Shown piece by piece: positions 25,127-34,436 of a stretch of DNA of 38,427 nucleotides. Every line of letters starts with the position of its first letter. The stretch's first letter is position 1. Source of the DNA: Candidatus Xenobia bacterium. GTDB lineage: Bacteria > Vulcanimicrobiota > Xenobia > Xenobiales > QWHO01. The notes beneath the pieces were generated by a model. The model was not told the DNA's origin. It did no database searches and saw nothing but the letters and a program-made list of their open reading frames with translations. The DNA lies in the NCBI GenBank assembly GCA_045863235.1, contig BTUM01000077.1:1-38427 (forward strand), read 5' to 3'. The position numbers and the translations under genes were made by a program.

Positions 25127-28100
25127 ATGGCCTGCCCCAAGTGTGGTTTTGCCAGCCCCGCTGGTTTCAAGTTCTGCGGCCAGTGCGGCAGCCCTGTTCC
25201 CGAAGGTCCCGAGAGCGTCCGGCCTGCTGCCGAGCGGCGCCAGATCACGGTCATGTTCTGCGACCTGGTTGGCAGTACCTCGCTCTCGGAGAAGCTGGAC
25301 CCCGAGGAGTTGCGCGAGCTGGTGCAGAGCTACCAGGGCGTCTGCGCCGACCAGATCGAAGGCCACGGAGGCACCATCGCGCAGTACCTGGGCGACGGGG
25401 TGCTGGCTTATTTCGGCTATCCTCAGGCCCACCCCGACGACGCTCTGCGGGCGGTGCGGGCGGCTCGCGGCATCGTGGCCCGCATGCAGGCCCGAGACCT
25501 GGCCGTGCGGGTAGGTCTTCACACCGGCATGGTGGTGGTGGGCGAGATGGGGGCCGGCGAGCGCCGCGAGAACCTGGCCATGGGCGAGACTCCCAACGTG
25601 GCCGCCCGCCTGCAGTCGGCCGCCGAGCCCAACACGGTGGTGGCCAGCCGGGCCACCTGGACGCTGGCCGAGGATCGGGTGGAGTGGGAAGACCTGGGCG
25701 TGCTTGCGCTGAAGGGGCTCTCGCGCCCCTTTCGGGCCTACCGGGCGGTGCGCGAGCTGCAGCCGGCGGAATGGCGCTCGGCTGTGCGCCAGCGTCGCTC
25801 GCGCCTGCCCCTGGTAGGCCGGCAGAGCGAGCAGGAGCGGTTGCTCGAGCTGTGGCAGCAGGGCGCTCGCTCGGTGGGCATCACGGGCGGACCGGGAGTG
25901 GGCAAGACGCGTCTGGTGCAGTGGCTCAAGGACCACCTGGTGGGGCGCGAGAACTACGTGCTCTCGTTGTACTGCTCGCCCGAGTTCTCCACCAGCTCGT
26001 TCGCACCCGTGATCGACCTGCTCGAGCGCGAGTTCCGCCTGGCTCGACTGTCCGAGGAGGAGCGCTTCCCGCGTTTGCTGGAGGGCCTGGCTCGCAAGGC
26101 GCCCGGATTGGACCAGCGGACCGCCGCCCTGCTCGCTCGCCTGCTCGACTTGAAGCTTCCGGCCGGGGTCAGCCTGCCCAACCTGCAACCGCAGGCTCTG
26201 CGCCTGCTGACGCTGCAGGCACTGATCGACCTGTTCCGCCGCATGGGCAGCCAGCGACCTACCCTGTTCGTGGTGGAGGACCTGTTCCTGGCCGACCCGT
26301 CCACGCGCGAGTTCCTGCGCTTGCTTTCGGCCTCGCTGGACGAGACCCGCATCCTGCTGGTGGCCGTGGGCGACTGCCAGGACTGGCACAATCCGCTCGG
26401 CCTGGAGCTCAAGCGCCTGACTCGCGAGCAGTCCCAGGAGCTGGTGGCGGCCCTGACCGACAAGCCCCTGCCCGGCGAGGTCGTCGAGCGCCTGATCGAC
26501 CGCTGCGAGGGGATTCCCCTCTTCTTGCAAGAGTGCGCCCACCTGGCCCTGGAGTCCAGTGTTCTGGTGGAAGAGGAGGACTGCTGGAGTCTCACCGGTT
26601 CGCTCGATGAGCTGGGGATCCCGGTCACGCTGCAGGACTTCCTGACCTCCCACCTGGACCGGGCCGGGCCCTCCAAGGAGCTGGCCCAGAAGGCCTCGGT
26701 GGTGGGCCCTTACTTTGCCGCCGAGCTGCTCGAGCGCTACACGGGCTTGAGCCGCTCCACCCTGGAGGCCCACCTCGAGCGTCTCGTGCGCGAGGAGGTG
26801 CTGCTCCAGCTGGAGCTTGCTTTCGCGTTCTGCCACGGCATGCTGCAGCAGGCGGCCTACGGCTCGCTCCTCAAGTCGGTGCGCCAGGAGTGCCACCTGA
26901 AGCTGGCCGATACGTTGGAGGCCTACTTTCCTGAACTGGCCGAGAGCCAGCCCGAGGTGCTGGCCTACCACTACACGCGTGGCGCGCAGTTGGAAAGGGC
27001 CCTGGAGTGCTGGAGCCGGGCCGGGCAGCGGGCCCTGCAGGCCTCGGCCAACCAGGAGGCCATCGCGCACTTTCGCCAGGCCCTGGGCTTGCTCGAGACC
27101 ATGCCCCGACGCTACGAGGTCGAGCTGGGTGCCCTGGTGGGTCTGGCCTCGGCCCACATCCCCCTGCGCGGCTATGCCGCTCCCGAGGTGGCTGAGAACT
27201 ACTCCCGGGCGCGCGAGCTGTGTCGTCGCATGGGTGACGGGCCCGGGCTCTTCGAGGTGCTGGGCGGGTTGTGGGTCTACTACCTGGTTCGGGCCGAGCT
27301 CGACCAGGCCAGCGAGCTCTCGGGCCAGTTGCTGCGACTGGCCGCGGGGACGGGAGATGACCGGCTGGCCATCGTGGCCCACGCCGCCGCTGGCCAGACG
27401 TCCTTCTACCTGGGAGAGCTCGAGAGCTGCCGCAAGCACCTCGAGGAGGCGGTGGGCCGCTATCGTCCCGAGCAGCACCGCGGCCTGGCCTACGAGTACT
27501 TTCAGTCTGATCCCGCCGCCTGCTCTCTGTCTTATCTGGCCATGGCCCTCTGGCTGCAGGGCGAAGGCGAGCAGGCCCAGGAACGAGCCGAGCAAGCCCT
27601 GACCCTGGCTCGCCAGCAGAACCACCCCCACACCCTGGCCCACGTGCTGTTCTTCGACGTCTGGCTGCAGTACCACCGGGGCGACCTGGAGCGGGCCCGG
27701 CGGCTGGTGAGCGAGCTGGCCGCGCTGGCCGGCGAGCAAGCCTTTCCCTTCTGGCATGGCCTGGCCGTGGCGATGGAAGGCTGCTTCGATCTCCTGGGCC
27801 CCGACCCGGCAGCGGCCGCCGCCCGGATCGGACAGGGCCTTCAGGTGGTGTCCGCCACCGGCGCCAAGCTCGGCCACACGTGGTTTGTGGGCGTGCTGGC
27901 CCAGCTTCAGGCCGTGGGCGGCAATCCGGCTGCCGGTCTGGAGGTGCTGGCCGGCGGTCTGGCCGCCTGCAGTCAGGAGCGCTGGTGGGAGAGCGAGCTC
28001 TACCGCCTGCAGGGCGACCTGCTGGCTCGGAGCGGCGCCAGCACTACCCGGGTGGAAGCGGCCTATGACCGGGCCCTGCAGGTGGCCCGCGAGCTGGGCG

Positions 28101-28261
28101 AGCGGAATCTCGAGCTGCGTGCCGCCTGCTCGCTGGGCGAGCTCTGGCGGCAGGCGGGTGGCCACGCGGTGGCGCGCGACCTGGTGCAGAGCGTGCTGGC
28201 CGGCCTCAAGGACGAGGCCAGTCCCGATCAGCAGCGGGCCCGGGAGCTCCTGGCTGGATGA
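25127..28261 (+). CDS. Zinc ribbon, class III cyclase, AAA/STAND ATPase and TPR protein
   Basis: CPKC..CGQC, ERRQITVMFCDLVGST, YLGDG, NVAARL, Walker A GGPGVGKT, Walker B-like FVVEDL and a TPR-like C-terminal half. Confidence 0.92.
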   Translation: MACPKCGFASPAGFKFCGQCGSPVPEGPESVRPAAERRQITVMFCDLVGSTSLSEKLDPEELRELVQSYQGVCADQIEGHGGTIAQYLGDGVLAYFGYPQAHPDDALRAVRAARGIVARMQARDLAVRVGLHTGMVVVGEMGAGERRENLAMGETPNVAARLQSAAEPNTVVASRATWTLAEDRVEWEDLGVLALKGLSRPFRAYRAVRELQPAEWRSAVRQRRSRLPLVGRQSEQERLLELWQQGARSVGITGGPGVGKTRLVQWLKDHLVGRENYVLSLYCSPEFSTSSFAPVIDLLEREFRLARLSEEERFPRLLEGLARKAPGLDQRTAALLARLLDLKLPAGVSLPNLQPQALRLLTLQALIDLFRRMGSQRPTLFVVEDLFLADPSTREFLRLLSASLDETRILLVAVGDCQDWHNPLGLELKRLTREQSQELVAALTDKPLPGEVVERLIDRCEGIPLFLQECAHLALESSVLVEEEDCWSLTGSLDELGIPVTLQDFLTSHLDRAGPSKELAQKASVVGPYFAAELLERYTGLSRSTLEAHLERLVREEVLLQLELAFAFCHGMLQQAAYGSLLKSVRQECHLKLADTLEAYFPELAESQPEVLAYHYTRGAQLERALECWSRAGQRALQASANQEAIAHFRQALGLLETMPRRYEVELGALVGLASAHIPLRGYAAPEVAENYSRARELCRRMGDGPGLFEVLGGLWVYYLVRAELDQASELSGQLLRLAAGTGDDRLAIVAHAAAGQTSFYLGELESCRKHLEEAVGRYRPEQHRGLAYEYFQSDPAACSLSYLAMALWLQGEGEQAQERAEQALTLARQQNHPHTLAHVLFFDVWLQYHRGDLERARRLVSELAALAGEQAFPFWHGLAVAMEGCFDLLGPDPAAAAARIGQGLQVVSATGAKLGHTWFVGVLAQLQAVGGNPAAGLEVLAGGLAACSQERWWESELYRLQGDLLARSGASTTRVEAAYDRALQVARELGERNLELRAACSLGELWRQAGGHAVARDLVQSVLAGLKDEASPDQQRARELLAG

Positions 28262-29298
28262 CCGTCACCACCTCGACCGCTCCGCGCTGGTGGTTGTTCT
28301 CGCCCCGAGTCGACGTGGCTGCCTTCCTGGGCAGCGCCCTGCTCGCTTTTCTGGCCCTGGCGGTGGGTTGGAAGCTGGGTCTGCTGGAGCAGGGCGACAC
28401 TCCCGATTGGGCCTGGATCAGCGCCGTACTGCTGGTGGACGTGGCCCACGTCTGGGCCACCGGCTTTCGCACCTACTTCGATCCGCGCGAGCTCTCGCGC
28501 CGTCCCATCCTCTACCTGGCCACGCCGCTGGGTTGCCTGCTGGGCGGGGTGGTGCTCTACTCCTTCGGACCAGCCATCTTCTGGCGCACCATGGCCTACC
28601 TGGCCGTCTACCACTTCGTGCGCCAGCAGTACGGCTGGGTGGCCCTTTACCGGCGCAAGCTTCACGAAGGCGATGGCTGGCCGCGCTGGCTGGACACCCT
28701 GACCATCTACGCCGCCACCGTTTATCCGCTGATCTACTGGCACTGCCATTTGCCGCGCGGTTTCTGGTGGTTCATCCCGGGCGACTTCGGCTCGCTTCCA
28801 GGCGCGATCATGGCTCTGGCCACCCCGCTCTACTGGCTGTTGATGGCGGCCTACTGGACTCGCTCGGCCAGCCTGTGGCTGACTGGTCATCCCAATCCCG
28901 GCAAGGACATGGTCGTGCTCACCACGGCTGCCTGCTGGTATGTGGGCATCATCACCTTCAACTCCGACTACGCCTTCACGGTCACCAACGTTCTGATCCA
29001 CGGAATTCCCTACTTCGTGCTGGTGTTCTGGCACAGCCCTCCGCGCCGCTGGCCGCTGTGGCGGGCGCTGCCGGTCTTCGTCTTGAGCCTGTGGGCTCTG
29101 GCCTACGCCGAGGAGATGTTCTGGGATCGGGCTGTCTGGCACGAGCGCGGCTGGCTCTTCGGGGGGGCCTGGACGGGCCTCCCGGCTGAGCTCCTGGTGC
29201 CTTTGCTGGCGGTGCCTCAGCTGACCCACTACCTGCTGGACGGCTTCATCTGGAAGCGCAGAAGCAACGCCCAACTGAAGGAGATGGTCGATGGATGA
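28258..29298 (+). CDS. Multi-pass membrane protein with four His motifs
   Basis: DVAHVWAT, YHFVRQQYG, LIHGIPY and THYLLDGFIW; many hydrophobic segments; ATGA coupling to the upstream gene. Confidence 0.8.
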   Translation: MTVTTSTAPRWWLFSPRVDVAAFLGSALLAFLALAVGWKLGLLEQGDTPDWAWISAVLLVDVAHVWATGFRTYFDPRELSRRPILYLATPLGCLLGGVVLYSFGPAIFWRTMAYLAVYHFVRQQYGWVALYRRKLHEGDGWPRWLDTLTIYAATVYPLIYWHCHLPRGFWWFIPGDFGSLPGAIMALATPLYWLLMAAYWTRSASLWLTGHPNPGKDMVVLTTAACWYVGIITFNSDYAFTVTNVLIHGIPYFVLVFWHSPPRRWPLWRALPVFVLSLWALAYAEEMFWDRAVWHERGWLFGGAWTGLPAELLVPLLAVPQLTHYLLDGFIWKRRSNAQLKEMVDG

Positions 29299-30061
29299 GG
29301 TGATGCGCCTCTTGATCATGGCCCGGTCCAACCGCCCGGCGGCCGAGCGTTTGCTGGAGAAGAGCCCTGAATGCCTTTCCTGGCACTCCTCGAGCAACAA
29401 CACGGCCCTGCACCTGGCCTGCTGGTTCGGCTATCGGGACGTGGTGGAGTTTTTGCTCGAGCGCGGGGCCGAGCTGGAAGCCCGCAACCTGGCAGAGGAG
29501 ACCCCGCTGGCGGTGGCCTGCTCGCGGGGGCGACCGGAGACGGTGGATCTCTTGCTGGGTTGGGGAGCCGACCCGACCGTGCTCGACCGCCAGCAGCGCA
29601 GCCTGCTCCACCTTGCCTGCGGGGCCGGCTGCGCGGCCACGGCGCGCAGGCTCCTTGCGGCCGGGCTCAAGGTGGATGCCCGCGACGACCTCGGGTTCAC
29701 CCCGCTCTTTCACGCCCTGCAGGTCGTCTCACCCCACTTTGCCACCATCTCGCGCTCCTGGGCCGAGCAGCAGCTTGCGGGCGCCAGCCCGCCTGCCATC
29801 GACTACCCCCGCGAGCAGGAGCGCCGCCTGGAGGTGCTGACCGTCTTGCTCGAGGCGGGGGCTGACCTCGAGCACGTGGGGGCCTGCGACCAGCGTCCGC
29901 TGCACCGGGCCGCCGAGGTAGCCGACCTGTGCCCCGAGCTGGCCCTGTTGCTGCTCTCGCGGGGAGCCGACCCGAGCTGTCGCGATTCTAACGGCGATCG
30001 GGCCGTCGACCGGCTGCCTCCAGGAGCCGTCGCGGTGCGAGCGGCTTTTGGCACCACCTAG
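29291..30061 (+). CDS. Ankyrin-repeat protein
   Basis: TALHLA, TPLAVA, SLLHLA, TPLFHA and RPLHRA, with LLxxGAD/E caps. Confidence 0.92.
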   Translation: MDEVMRLLIMARSNRPAAERLLEKSPECLSWHSSSNNTALHLACWFGYRDVVEFLLERGAELEARNLAEETPLAVACSRGRPETVDLLLGWGADPTVLDRQQRSLLHLACGAGCAATARRLLAAGLKVDARDDLGFTPLFHALQVVSPHFATISRSWAEQQLAGASPPAIDYPREQERRLEVLTVLLEAGADLEHVGACDQRPLHRAAEVADLCPELALLLLSRGADPSCRDSNGDRAVDRLPPGAVAVRAAFGTT

Positions 30062-30144
30062 CCCTTTGTGGTGGCGGAGGAGCACCACAAGCTGCTGAGC
30101 GGACGAGGGAGGGCACGGCCCCACCCGGGCGAACCAGGCTTCTC

Positions 30145-31053
30145 GTGGACCTCCTCAGTCGGCTCGAGCAAGACCACCCCGGCCTGGAGGCCTTCGTGCG
30201 GGTGATCAGCGTCTACTTCGCTATCCCCGAGCCGATCATGCGCCAGGCTTACCTGGACCACCTGGAGGGCTTTCCCGAGGCCGAGCTGCGCCAGGCGGCC
30301 CTCCAGTGGGAGTCTCATGGCATCCTTCCCGGCCTCAATCCCGACCGGGACGAGCAGACTGCGGCCATCTGGGCCAGCCCACTCTTTCCCATTTATGCTC
30401 TCGGCTTCTCGCCCCCAGAGAACACCGACCTGCGGCCCTTCTTGCTGCCTCCGGTGCGGACGCCCGCCGACCTGGCCGGGCGCATGGAGCTGCCCCTTCC
30501 CGGGGTGCGCCCCTACTGGCAGGTCTCGCTGCGGCGCACGTTTCCCGAGCTCTACCTGATGCCCGAGCTGACCCTGCCGGCCCGTGGCTGCGACCTGGCC
30601 TGCGGTTGGGGGCGGGCCACCCTCTCCCTGCGCCAGGACCTGGAGGTGCACGGCTGCGACCTCACCGAGGGCGGTCTGGCCCGGTTGGCCAATCTCGCCC
30701 GGGCCTCGGGGCGAGAGAACGTGCACACCACCCGGGCCGACGTGACGGCCCTGCCGTATGCCGAGAACACCTTCGACTTCCTGCTCGCCTTCGACATCTT
30801 CGAGCACCTCACCGACCCGACTCTGGATCGAGCTCTGGCCGAGGTGCTGCGAGTGGGACGAGCGGGAGCCCTGCTCTACACCGAGGTTCCCCCCGACAGC
30901 TACTGCCCCCCCGTGACCCACCTGCAGAAGTTCTCCCTGTGGGAGATCTTCGAGCGCTTCCGGGGCTTTCAGGCCCACGGCAAGACCTTCGTGCTGGCCC
31001 GCTACGCCGAGGAGGTCAGCGACCAGTTCACCTTCCGCGTCCAGGCCGTCTGA
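30145..31053 (+). CDS. Class I SAM-dependent methyltransferase with N-terminal extension
   Basis: CDLACGWG, GCDLT, ADVTALPYAENTFD and FEHL; start uncertain. Confidence 0.85.
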   Translation: MDLLSRLEQDHPGLEAFVRVISVYFAIPEPIMRQAYLDHLEGFPEAELRQAALQWESHGILPGLNPDRDEQTAAIWASPLFPIYALGFSPPENTDLRPFLLPPVRTPADLAGRMELPLPGVRPYWQVSLRRTFPELYLMPELTLPARGCDLACGWGRATLSLRQDLEVHGCDLTEGGLARLANLARASGRENVHTTRADVTALPYAENTFDFLLAFDIFEHLTDPTLDRALAEVLRVGRAGALLYTEVPPDSYCPPVTHLQKFSLWEIFERFRGFQAHGKTFVLARYAEEVSDQFTFRVQAV

Positions 31054-31056
31054 CAG

Positions 31057-32775
31057 GTGGAGAAAGGCTGCACGGCGCTGGGTTGCCTGGTGCTGCTGGT
31101 GGTCGGTATGTTCGTGCTGCGCGGCTGGTGGAGCGAGCCTGCTCCGCCCGAGCCCTCGCGGACGCTCGCGACCCTCGATCCTTCGAGGTCACCTTCAGAG
31201 CCTTCAGGGAGAACGCCCGAGCTCGTCAGCTCGCCCTCCGGGCCGACCAGTCCGGCGAGCGACGACCCGTTCAGCGCCAGGCCTGAATCTGACGCCGACC
31301 CGTTCGCGCCCTCGAGCCCCGTCCGGCCTCTCGAGCTGCCCGGCCCTGACCGTTTGAATCAGGCCCTGCCTGAGCGTCTGGTCCGCCTCCAGGCCGCCGC
31401 CCGGGCCTCCAACACCGCTTACGACTGGCGCCAGTTGGCCGACGCAGCCGTCCAGGCCGAGCATTTTGCTCTGGCCAGTCAGGCCTACCGCCAGGAAGCC
31501 GACATCTACCGCCGGACCGGCGACCCCCATGCGGCCCGGGCCGAGGAGCTGAAATCGGCTCGTTACGCCACCGAGATCGAGCTCTACGTCGAGCAACGGG
31601 CGCCCGAAGGGCAAGCCAGCGCCCGTCTCGAGCCGACCAGCGGCTGCTACCTCGGAGCCTTCATCGACCGCGACGACAATCTGCCTTCGGTCGTGCTGCA
31701 GAGTCAGCGGCACGGCGATATCCCGCGTTTCAACCAGCTGACCGGCAAGAATCACTCCAGCTTCTTCATGTACCGGTCCTATGGTCAGCCCTTTCCTTTC
31801 CAGTGGGCGGAACGGGTGAAAGCCAGTGGGGCCATCCCCCAGATCGCCTGGGAGCCGCGCAGCCTGGACCAGGTACAGGATGATGCCTATTTGCAGAGTT
31901 TCGTGGCCGAGGTGGCCCGGCTCGACTGGCCGGTCTTCATCCGCTTCGCGGGCGAGATGAACGGAGAGTGGACCCCCTATCACGGCGATCCTCCGGCCTA
32001 TCGGCGTGCCTTTCGAACCGTCTACCAGGCCTTTCGCAAGGCTCCCCGGGCGGCCTTGATCTGGTGTCCCAACAGCGTGCCGGTGACCGGCCTGGAGGAG
32101 TACTACCCGGGTGACGACGCTGTCGACTGGGTGGGAGTGAACCTCTACAGCGTGCTGTTTCTAGACAATGATCCCGCTCGCCCGGGGGAAGCGGTCAACC
32201 CCATCGACCTGCTCGACCCGGTCTATCGCAAGTTCTCGGCTCGCAAGCCCATCGCCATCGGTGAATACGCGGCCAGCCATCAGTCCGCCCTCAGTCCGGC
32301 CACTCGCTCGGATTTTGCGGTGGACAAGATGCGCCAGTTGTATGAGAGCCTGCCCACCCGCTATCCGCGGGTGAAGCTGGTGAGCTGGTATGACTGCAAT
32401 AACCTGGTCCACGCCCGGCCGGGCCGGCAGCTGAACAACTACCTGGTGACCGAGCCCCGCGAGGTGCTGGAGGCCTATCGAGCGACCATCCGCCAGCCCC
32501 ACTTCCTGGCCGCAGGCCAGCAGGCGAGCGCGGTGGTGGCGGTCAGGCTCGAGTCGGGCCATCCGGTCAAGGCCGGCCAGGCGGTGTTGATCTGGGCCCG
32601 CAGCTACGTCTCGCGCCCACGCGTCTTCTTGCGGGTGGACGGCAAGCTGGTGAGCGACCGCTTGCGCTGGAAGCTGACCGGCCTCAAGCCGGGCAGGCAC
32701 AAGCTGGAGGTGCTGGTGTACGACGACCGGGGTCGTCTGGCCGGACGCCTGGAGCGTGCGGTGAAGCTCGAGTAA
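31057..32775 (+). CDS. Membrane-anchored GH26-like glycoside hydrolase
   Basis: N-terminal TM and Pro/Ser linker; IAWEP, IRFAGEMNG.W, WCPN, YYPGDDAVDWVG and KPIAIGEY; C-terminal beta domain. Confidence 0.85.
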   Translation: MEKGCTALGCLVLLVVGMFVLRGWWSEPAPPEPSRTLATLDPSRSPSEPSGRTPELVSSPSGPTSPASDDPFSARPESDADPFAPSSPVRPLELPGPDRLNQALPERLVRLQAAARASNTAYDWRQLADAAVQAEHFALASQAYRQEADIYRRTGDPHAARAEELKSARYATEIELYVEQRAPEGQASARLEPTSGCYLGAFIDRDDNLPSVVLQSQRHGDIPRFNQLTGKNHSSFFMYRSYGQPFPFQWAERVKASGAIPQIAWEPRSLDQVQDDAYLQSFVAEVARLDWPVFIRFAGEMNGEWTPYHGDPPAYRRAFRTVYQAFRKAPRAALIWCPNSVPVTGLEEYYPGDDAVDWVGVNLYSVLFLDNDPARPGEAVNPIDLLDPVYRKFSARKPIAIGEYAASHQSALSPATRSDFAVDKMRQLYESLPTRYPRVKLVSWYDCNNLVHARPGRQLNNYLVTEPREVLEAYRATIRQPHFLAAGQQASAVVAVRLESGHPVKAGQAVLIWARSYVSRPRVFLRVDGKLVSDRLRWKLTGLKPGRHKLEVLVYDDRGRLAGRLERAVKLE

Positions 32776-32839
32776 TGCTCGGACTCTGGTCTTGCACGGT
32801 TACGCGCCCGGTTCGTGATCCGAGGCGGAACCTTGTTCC

Positions 32840-33955
32840 TCAGGGTTTCATCACTCGGCCCGAGAAAAGCACTGTGTCGGTGGGGCGATGGACGAGGAAG
32901 AACAGGAAGGGCCGGTCGGCTCGGAACTGACTCTCGGCCCCGTTGCGCAGGTTGGCCACGGCAGCCGTGGCGGCGGCGGCCTCGGTGCCGGCCTCATCGA
33001 AGCGGATGACGGTTGCCTGAACCACCTTGCTGAGATAGACCTGGCCGCCTTCCGGGCTGAGCCGCGAGAAGTCGGAGCGCTGGCTGAACGCCAGCTTGAG
33101 CCCCATCTTCTCCAGGGGGGACTTGAGCTGTACCGAGTCGCTGCGCACTTCGATGCGGGGAAACAGAACGTGGACGCTCTCCTCTTCCTGCGGCTTGAGA
33201 CGGCTCATCCATCCTGCCAGCCGCTGAGCTGTCAGGTCCCTTTGGAGCTGGCCTATCCGCCCTGGCTCGGGAAGAGCCACGATCAAGCTCAGATCGCCCT
33301 GGTAGGGCATCTCCACAACCTTGAGGCCCGATTCCTCCAGGAACGGGAAGGCGGCGGTCCGGCTCATCAAGGTGACTTTGACGGGCTTGTCGGGCGTGCC
33401 CTCCGGGTAGAAATCGGCCTCCTGGCTCGAGGCGGGGTTGAAGGGGTGCTCCCACTTCGCCTTGAGGGTGGTGGCGTTGGTAAGCACCAGGACGGTGTTG
33501 GCTTCGACCGCGTCCTCGTTGAGAAGTCTATCGATCTTACCCTCGGTCTGCCGGGCGGCCCACGCGTTGATCTGATCGATCGCTTCAGCGGGCTGTCGGA
33601 AATCGACTTGCCCCGCCTGGGCGCCAAAGTTATTCTGGCAGAAGCTCTGGTAGGAGGGCAGGATGGGGAAGGCTTTGTCCACCCAGAGGCGGGTGGCGCT
33701 GACCACGGGCAGGCGCAGATTGCGGGCCTGAGCGGCCGGCCCGTCCAGCGGGCCGAGCAAGGCTTCGAACTCTTGCCTGGTAGCCCCCTCGGCGCCTTCC
33801 CCGACCATGAGGAGGGCATCGGCCAGGCTGTGGGGAGCCAGGCAGAGATTGTCCGAGCCGGTCAGGTGGCGCTGCAGATCGAGCGACAGGCGCCCCTCGG
33901 GAAGGGGAGCCGCGGCCAGAAGAAGCAGGGCCAGGAGCAGAATCCAGGGGCGCAT
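32840..33955 (-). CDS. Secreted serpin (serine protease inhibitor)
   Basis: Signal peptide MRPWILLLALLLLAAA; INAW...TEGKI, VLTNA..LKAKW, hinge EAGTEAAAAT and FRADRPFLF...LFSGRV. Confidence 0.95.
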   Translation of the reverse strand: MRPWILLLALLLLAAAPLPEGRLSLDLQRHLTGSDNLCLAPHSLADALLMVGEGAEGATRQEFEALLGPLDGPAAQARNLRLPVVSATRLWVDKAFPILPSYQSFCQNNFGAQAGQVDFRQPAEAIDQINAWAARQTEGKIDRLLNEDAVEANTVLVLTNATTLKAKWEHPFNPASSQEADFYPEGTPDKPVKVTLMSRTAAFPFLEESGLKVVEMPYQGDLSLIVALPEPGRIGQLQRDLTAQRLAGWMSRLKPQEEESVHVLFPRIEVRSDSVQLKSPLEKMGLKLAFSQRSDFSRLSPEGGQVYLSKVVQATVIRFDEAGTEAAAATAAVANLRNGAESQFRADRPFLFFLVHRPTDTVLFSGRVMKP

Positions 33956-34067
33956 GGGAGGGTGGTTTCGCCCCGGCGTCGTCGGTTTCCCGCGCTGGCG
34001 AAGGACTGAGCCCGAGCTTCGGGGAAGCCTAGCGTGGCGGGGAAACGGCAAAGGGAGCACAAACATC

Positions 34068-34436
34068 GTGGCTTTCGAAGACAAATATCACAGCCAGCTC
34101 TTGCGCATCAAGATTCGGCCCGGATGCACCGCCCAGGTGCTCGAATGGCTGAAGGGCCTGACCAAGCGGCCCGAGGCTCTGGCGGCCATGCGACGCGAGA
34201 CCATGGTCATCGAGTCGGCTTTCTTCGAGCGGGTGTATACCGACGACTACCTGCTCTTCTACACCAAGGCCGAGAGCATGGAGAAGGTGATGGAGCAAGC
34301 CTCTGCGGGCAGTGATCCTTTCACCCTCGAGCTCAATCAGTTCATTGCCGACAATTGGATGGAGGTCGTGCCCCTGGAGACCGTCTTCCACCTTGACCGC
34401 ATCGACGAGCTCAAGGGCACCGCCGTCAACCGCTGA
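34068..34436 (+). CDS. DUF6176-like small protein
   Basis: AGGGAG then GTG at 34068; RIKIRPG...EW...EA...M..E..VIESAF...DYL.FY. Confidence 0.65.
   Translation: MAFEDKYHSQLLRIKIRPGCTAQVLEWLKGLTKRPEALAAMRRETMVIESAFFERVYTDDYLLFYTKAESMEKVMEQASAGSDPFTLELNQFIADNWMEVVPLETVFHLDRIDELKGTAVNR

Noticed and set aside
25067..28165. 1032-aa antisense ORF and other long shadow ORFs (e.g. 34312..36054, 10616..12223, 8489..9952, 4320..5882)
   Set aside because: They mirror well-supported genes on the opposite strand, as expected from high-GC codon bias, and show no domain motifs.
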